Positions 61,444-64,000 of a stretch of 64,000 bases of DNA are shown here, piece by piece. The notes under the pieces were generated by a model. That model was not told where the DNA came from. It was given only the letters and a program-made list of their open reading frames with translations, and made no database searches. Source of the DNA: Anthoceros angustus (lineage: Eukaryota; Plantae; Anthocerotophyta); NCBI GenBank assembly GCA_010909165.1, contig MU008183.1, positions 806,001 to 870,000 on the forward strand, read 5' to 3'. Both the position numbers and the translations under genes were made by a program. Position 1 is the stretch's first letter. The number at the start of each line of letters is the position of its first letter.

Positions 61444-64000
61444 CTATCTAGTCCCGCGGCCCACGACTCCTGACTCGGGCTTGGAAGCTTGTACCTTGTC
61501 GGCATACTCCTTCATACGCGACTTCAGGCGGGAAAGCTCTTTGTGCAAACCAAGGAACGTACTGCATGCGCTTGAACTGTTCCCTGGCGTCGTAAAAGGC
61601 GTCAGTTAAATCCCCGTAGACCGCCGCAAGCTTTATCTTGTCCTCGGCAGCCTTTGCCTGATCGACGCCCGCCCGGAACTCGTCAAAGGAGCGTGCATAT
61701 CTCTGCAGAGCTGTGTTCAGGCGGAGATAAACTTCATACTTCTCCCCGTATTCCGTGAGGCACCTTTTGTACTCGTCCATATTCCCAATCGGACCTTGAA
61801 TAACTACCTCTTCAGACGACTTCTCGTAGGGAGCAAACCACTGGTCCTCCAGGGATCTTTGCAAGAGTCCTCTTTTTCGCGGAGGGGCCTTCTCCAGAGC
61901 TCTCTTTCCTCTTCACGCCCACCTTAGCAGGAACAGGCACAGAATCTGATGATGGCCTTGCCTGCTGATGGTCCATCTGCCTGTTTGCACTCTCCTGTTT
62001 ATGTGACACAACTCCCCCACCAGCTCTCTCAGCTTTGGACTTCACAATTGGGTTACTTGTCACACCTGGCGTGTTTAATCCCTTCTTGGCAGCCTTCCTT
62101 GCCTCCATCTGCCCATCTGCAACATCCGCTGTTCTCTTGGTGCCTCTTCCACTGACCTTACCCTTCGCAGTATCTGCACTCTTGCCAACTGCAGTCTCAG
62201 CTTTTCCTGTAACCGCAGGCTCCATTCTGACGGGTGTTAAGTCAGACCTCTGTACATCTTTCCTACCACCGGGACTTCTCTTGGCTGGAGAGTCTCTCCT
62301 CACATCCTTGACCCTGCCTGCCATCTTACTCAAAGCCTCGCCAGCAGCTGCGTGCTTCACCGCCTCATTAGTGTCCTTGACCATTTGCTTCCCACTCGAT
62401 GACCATATCATCTAGTTCGCCTGATTCCCTGTCGGACCGCAGTTTGCCTCTATCTTCAACCCCTTCTCTAATCTCCCCGTCGCTCAGCATCCCACTTTCT
62501 TCTGCTTGCTCGGCCCCAGAAGACTTCAGTATTTTCCCTCCTTTCGCTTGAAGATCTGCACCTGGCATTGCCCTGTCCGGAAAATCCAGCCTTTTTGTAG
62601 ACTCTAATTCACGACTCCGCCGTCTGATCTGATCTGGATTGTTAGGCCACCCATGCATTTCATACTGATCCCTACCAGTGACAGGAAACATTTCAACATT
62701 AGGCCCAGGTTTCCCCAACAGACTCGGCTCGCAATTGTTCTTCCTGTAAACTTCTGACACCCCAACTGCTGGTGTATCAGCTGCTTTCAATGGTAGCTCT
62801 GCCCTGGAGTCGTTGCCTTCTGCACATTCTTCAATGGCTTCCTTCCACCAGGAGCATTGCTAGCTGCTGGCTTTTGGCCCTTTGGTTTTCCACCAGCCAC
62901 ACGTGGGGCTTCATTTCCCGCAACGGAGACATCTGTTGCTGTAACTTTCCTCCTGCTGAACTGGAGTTTTGGCTCAAGTGAAACCCCGTCTGCTCCACAG
63001 CGCTATCAGTCGGAGGAGGAACACCAAGTTCCTGGGAACCATCTGCAGATGGAGGGGAAGACTTTTTGGCAGTCTCTGCTGATACATGTATTTTCCCAGA
63101 TGAACCCTCTCCTCTAACGTTCATTCCAACTCCTAGTCCTGTTCCCTCTGAGATGTCCTTGCTAGAAGCTTTAGCCTCCTTTGCAACAGCAGGCCCCCGT
63201 CTATCCTTTGCAATAGCAGGCCCCCGTCTGGCCCTCTGTTCTGAGCTTTCATCTCCAATGCTTCTATGCTGTTGTCAGACTCAGAGCTCCTGCACTTAGA
63301 ATCGTCTGTAGACCTGTCAACTGCATTCGCAGCCTTTAGTGCAGCCTCACCGATCATTCATGTCCACTAAGGCCGTCAGCAACCACCTTCTGGTTATCAG
63401 TCAAGGAGGCCACCTGGGTGAAGGTGGGGCTCCTTCTGAGGACACAACATCAATTTCCTCATCATCCTCATCATCCCCAGCCAGGGCTGGTCTCTCAGTT
63501 CCAGCCAGATTCTCGGCACCCAGTTGTTCGGCATTCCAGGGGTGTTGGCTCCAGTCTCTGGACATGAGGAGAAGGTTCCCTGTTTTCCCCTCTTGGTTTC
63601 TCGTTCTCATCGTCACTTACAATATTTACATCCTCGTCCCCACCCTCGTCTGCACTCTCATCCTCCCCACTGCTGCTGGAAGAGTCGCTATCACTGTCAC
63701 TCCCACTACCACTCTCACTTCCGCTCCCGCTTCCGCTGTCGCTGTCACTTCCACTGCCAGAGCTGCTACTTTCACCGCCATCACTGTTGTCGGATGTTTT
63801 CAAAAGCGCCTCCTGAGCACTAGAGGGTGTGTTATCTGCAGAAACGCCATCTTCCCTGATTTGGTTAACCCCGGGGACCACTGCTATTCTATCAGGGCTT
63901 GCAAAAGCCTGAGAACTTTTCTGCTGAACATCAGGACGAACAGCAGACACAGTTTTCTGGGCTTCCTCCGTTTTACTGTTAGCCTTCCTAATTGGAGGCC
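61444..64000 (-). CDS. 3' part of a probable host gene: low-complexity protein with a C-terminal Occludin/ELL domain (plant dentin-sialophosphoprotein-like / ELL-related)
   Basis: The consecutive minus-strand ORFs from 63950 to 61448 join across indels. They include a Ser/Asp tract (SGSGSDSDSG..DEDVNIVSDDE) and the C-terminus YEK..QGPIGNMDEYK..EYGEKYEVY..LN..., which after a shift reads LHKELSRLKSRMKEYA..* at 61444. This resembles the plant Occludin_ELL C-terminus from memory. Confidence 0.72.

Noticed and set aside
61448-63950. Seven separate small genes as listed in the ORF track
   Set aside because: They abut or overlap in successive frames and read as one continuous protein broken by indels.
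1-64000. Treating all frameshifts as evidence of ancient decay
   Set aside because: LTR pairs differ mainly by small indels, TSDs and TIRs are crisp, and the host gene is equally broken, which points to sequencing error.

Overview
Eukaryotic, plant-like (probably non-seed streptophyte; inferred) transposon nest in a noisy assembly. Frequent indels break nearly every ORF, including the one host gene. The key object is a minus-strand Ty3/gypsy LTR retrotransposon (~8606-19503) with the order gag-PR-[C5 cytosine DNA methyltransferase]-RT-RNaseH-integrase-PHD finger-AT-hook. It has no tRNA primer site but has a perfect 13-nt Tf1-type self-priming match. It sits inside a Ty1/copia element (X, ~1-21297), which also hosts Copia-1. 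To the right, Copia-3 (+) is interrupted by a solo LTR, by a non-autonomous CACTA element (22334-35989, 26-bp TIRs, GCT TSD) that contains Copia Y in a GA-rich tract, and by an Athila-like gypsy (W) that hosts Copia Z (AAGTC TSD). Copia X and Y carry an extra ORF between the PBS and gag; Z has a 1.27-kb leader with broken ORFs in the same position. About ten local tandem duplications (0.2-2.1 kb) may be assembly artefacts. The window ends in the 3' part of a probable host Occludin/ELL-domain gene on the minus strand. All calls come from motif recognition by eye; no database searches were run.
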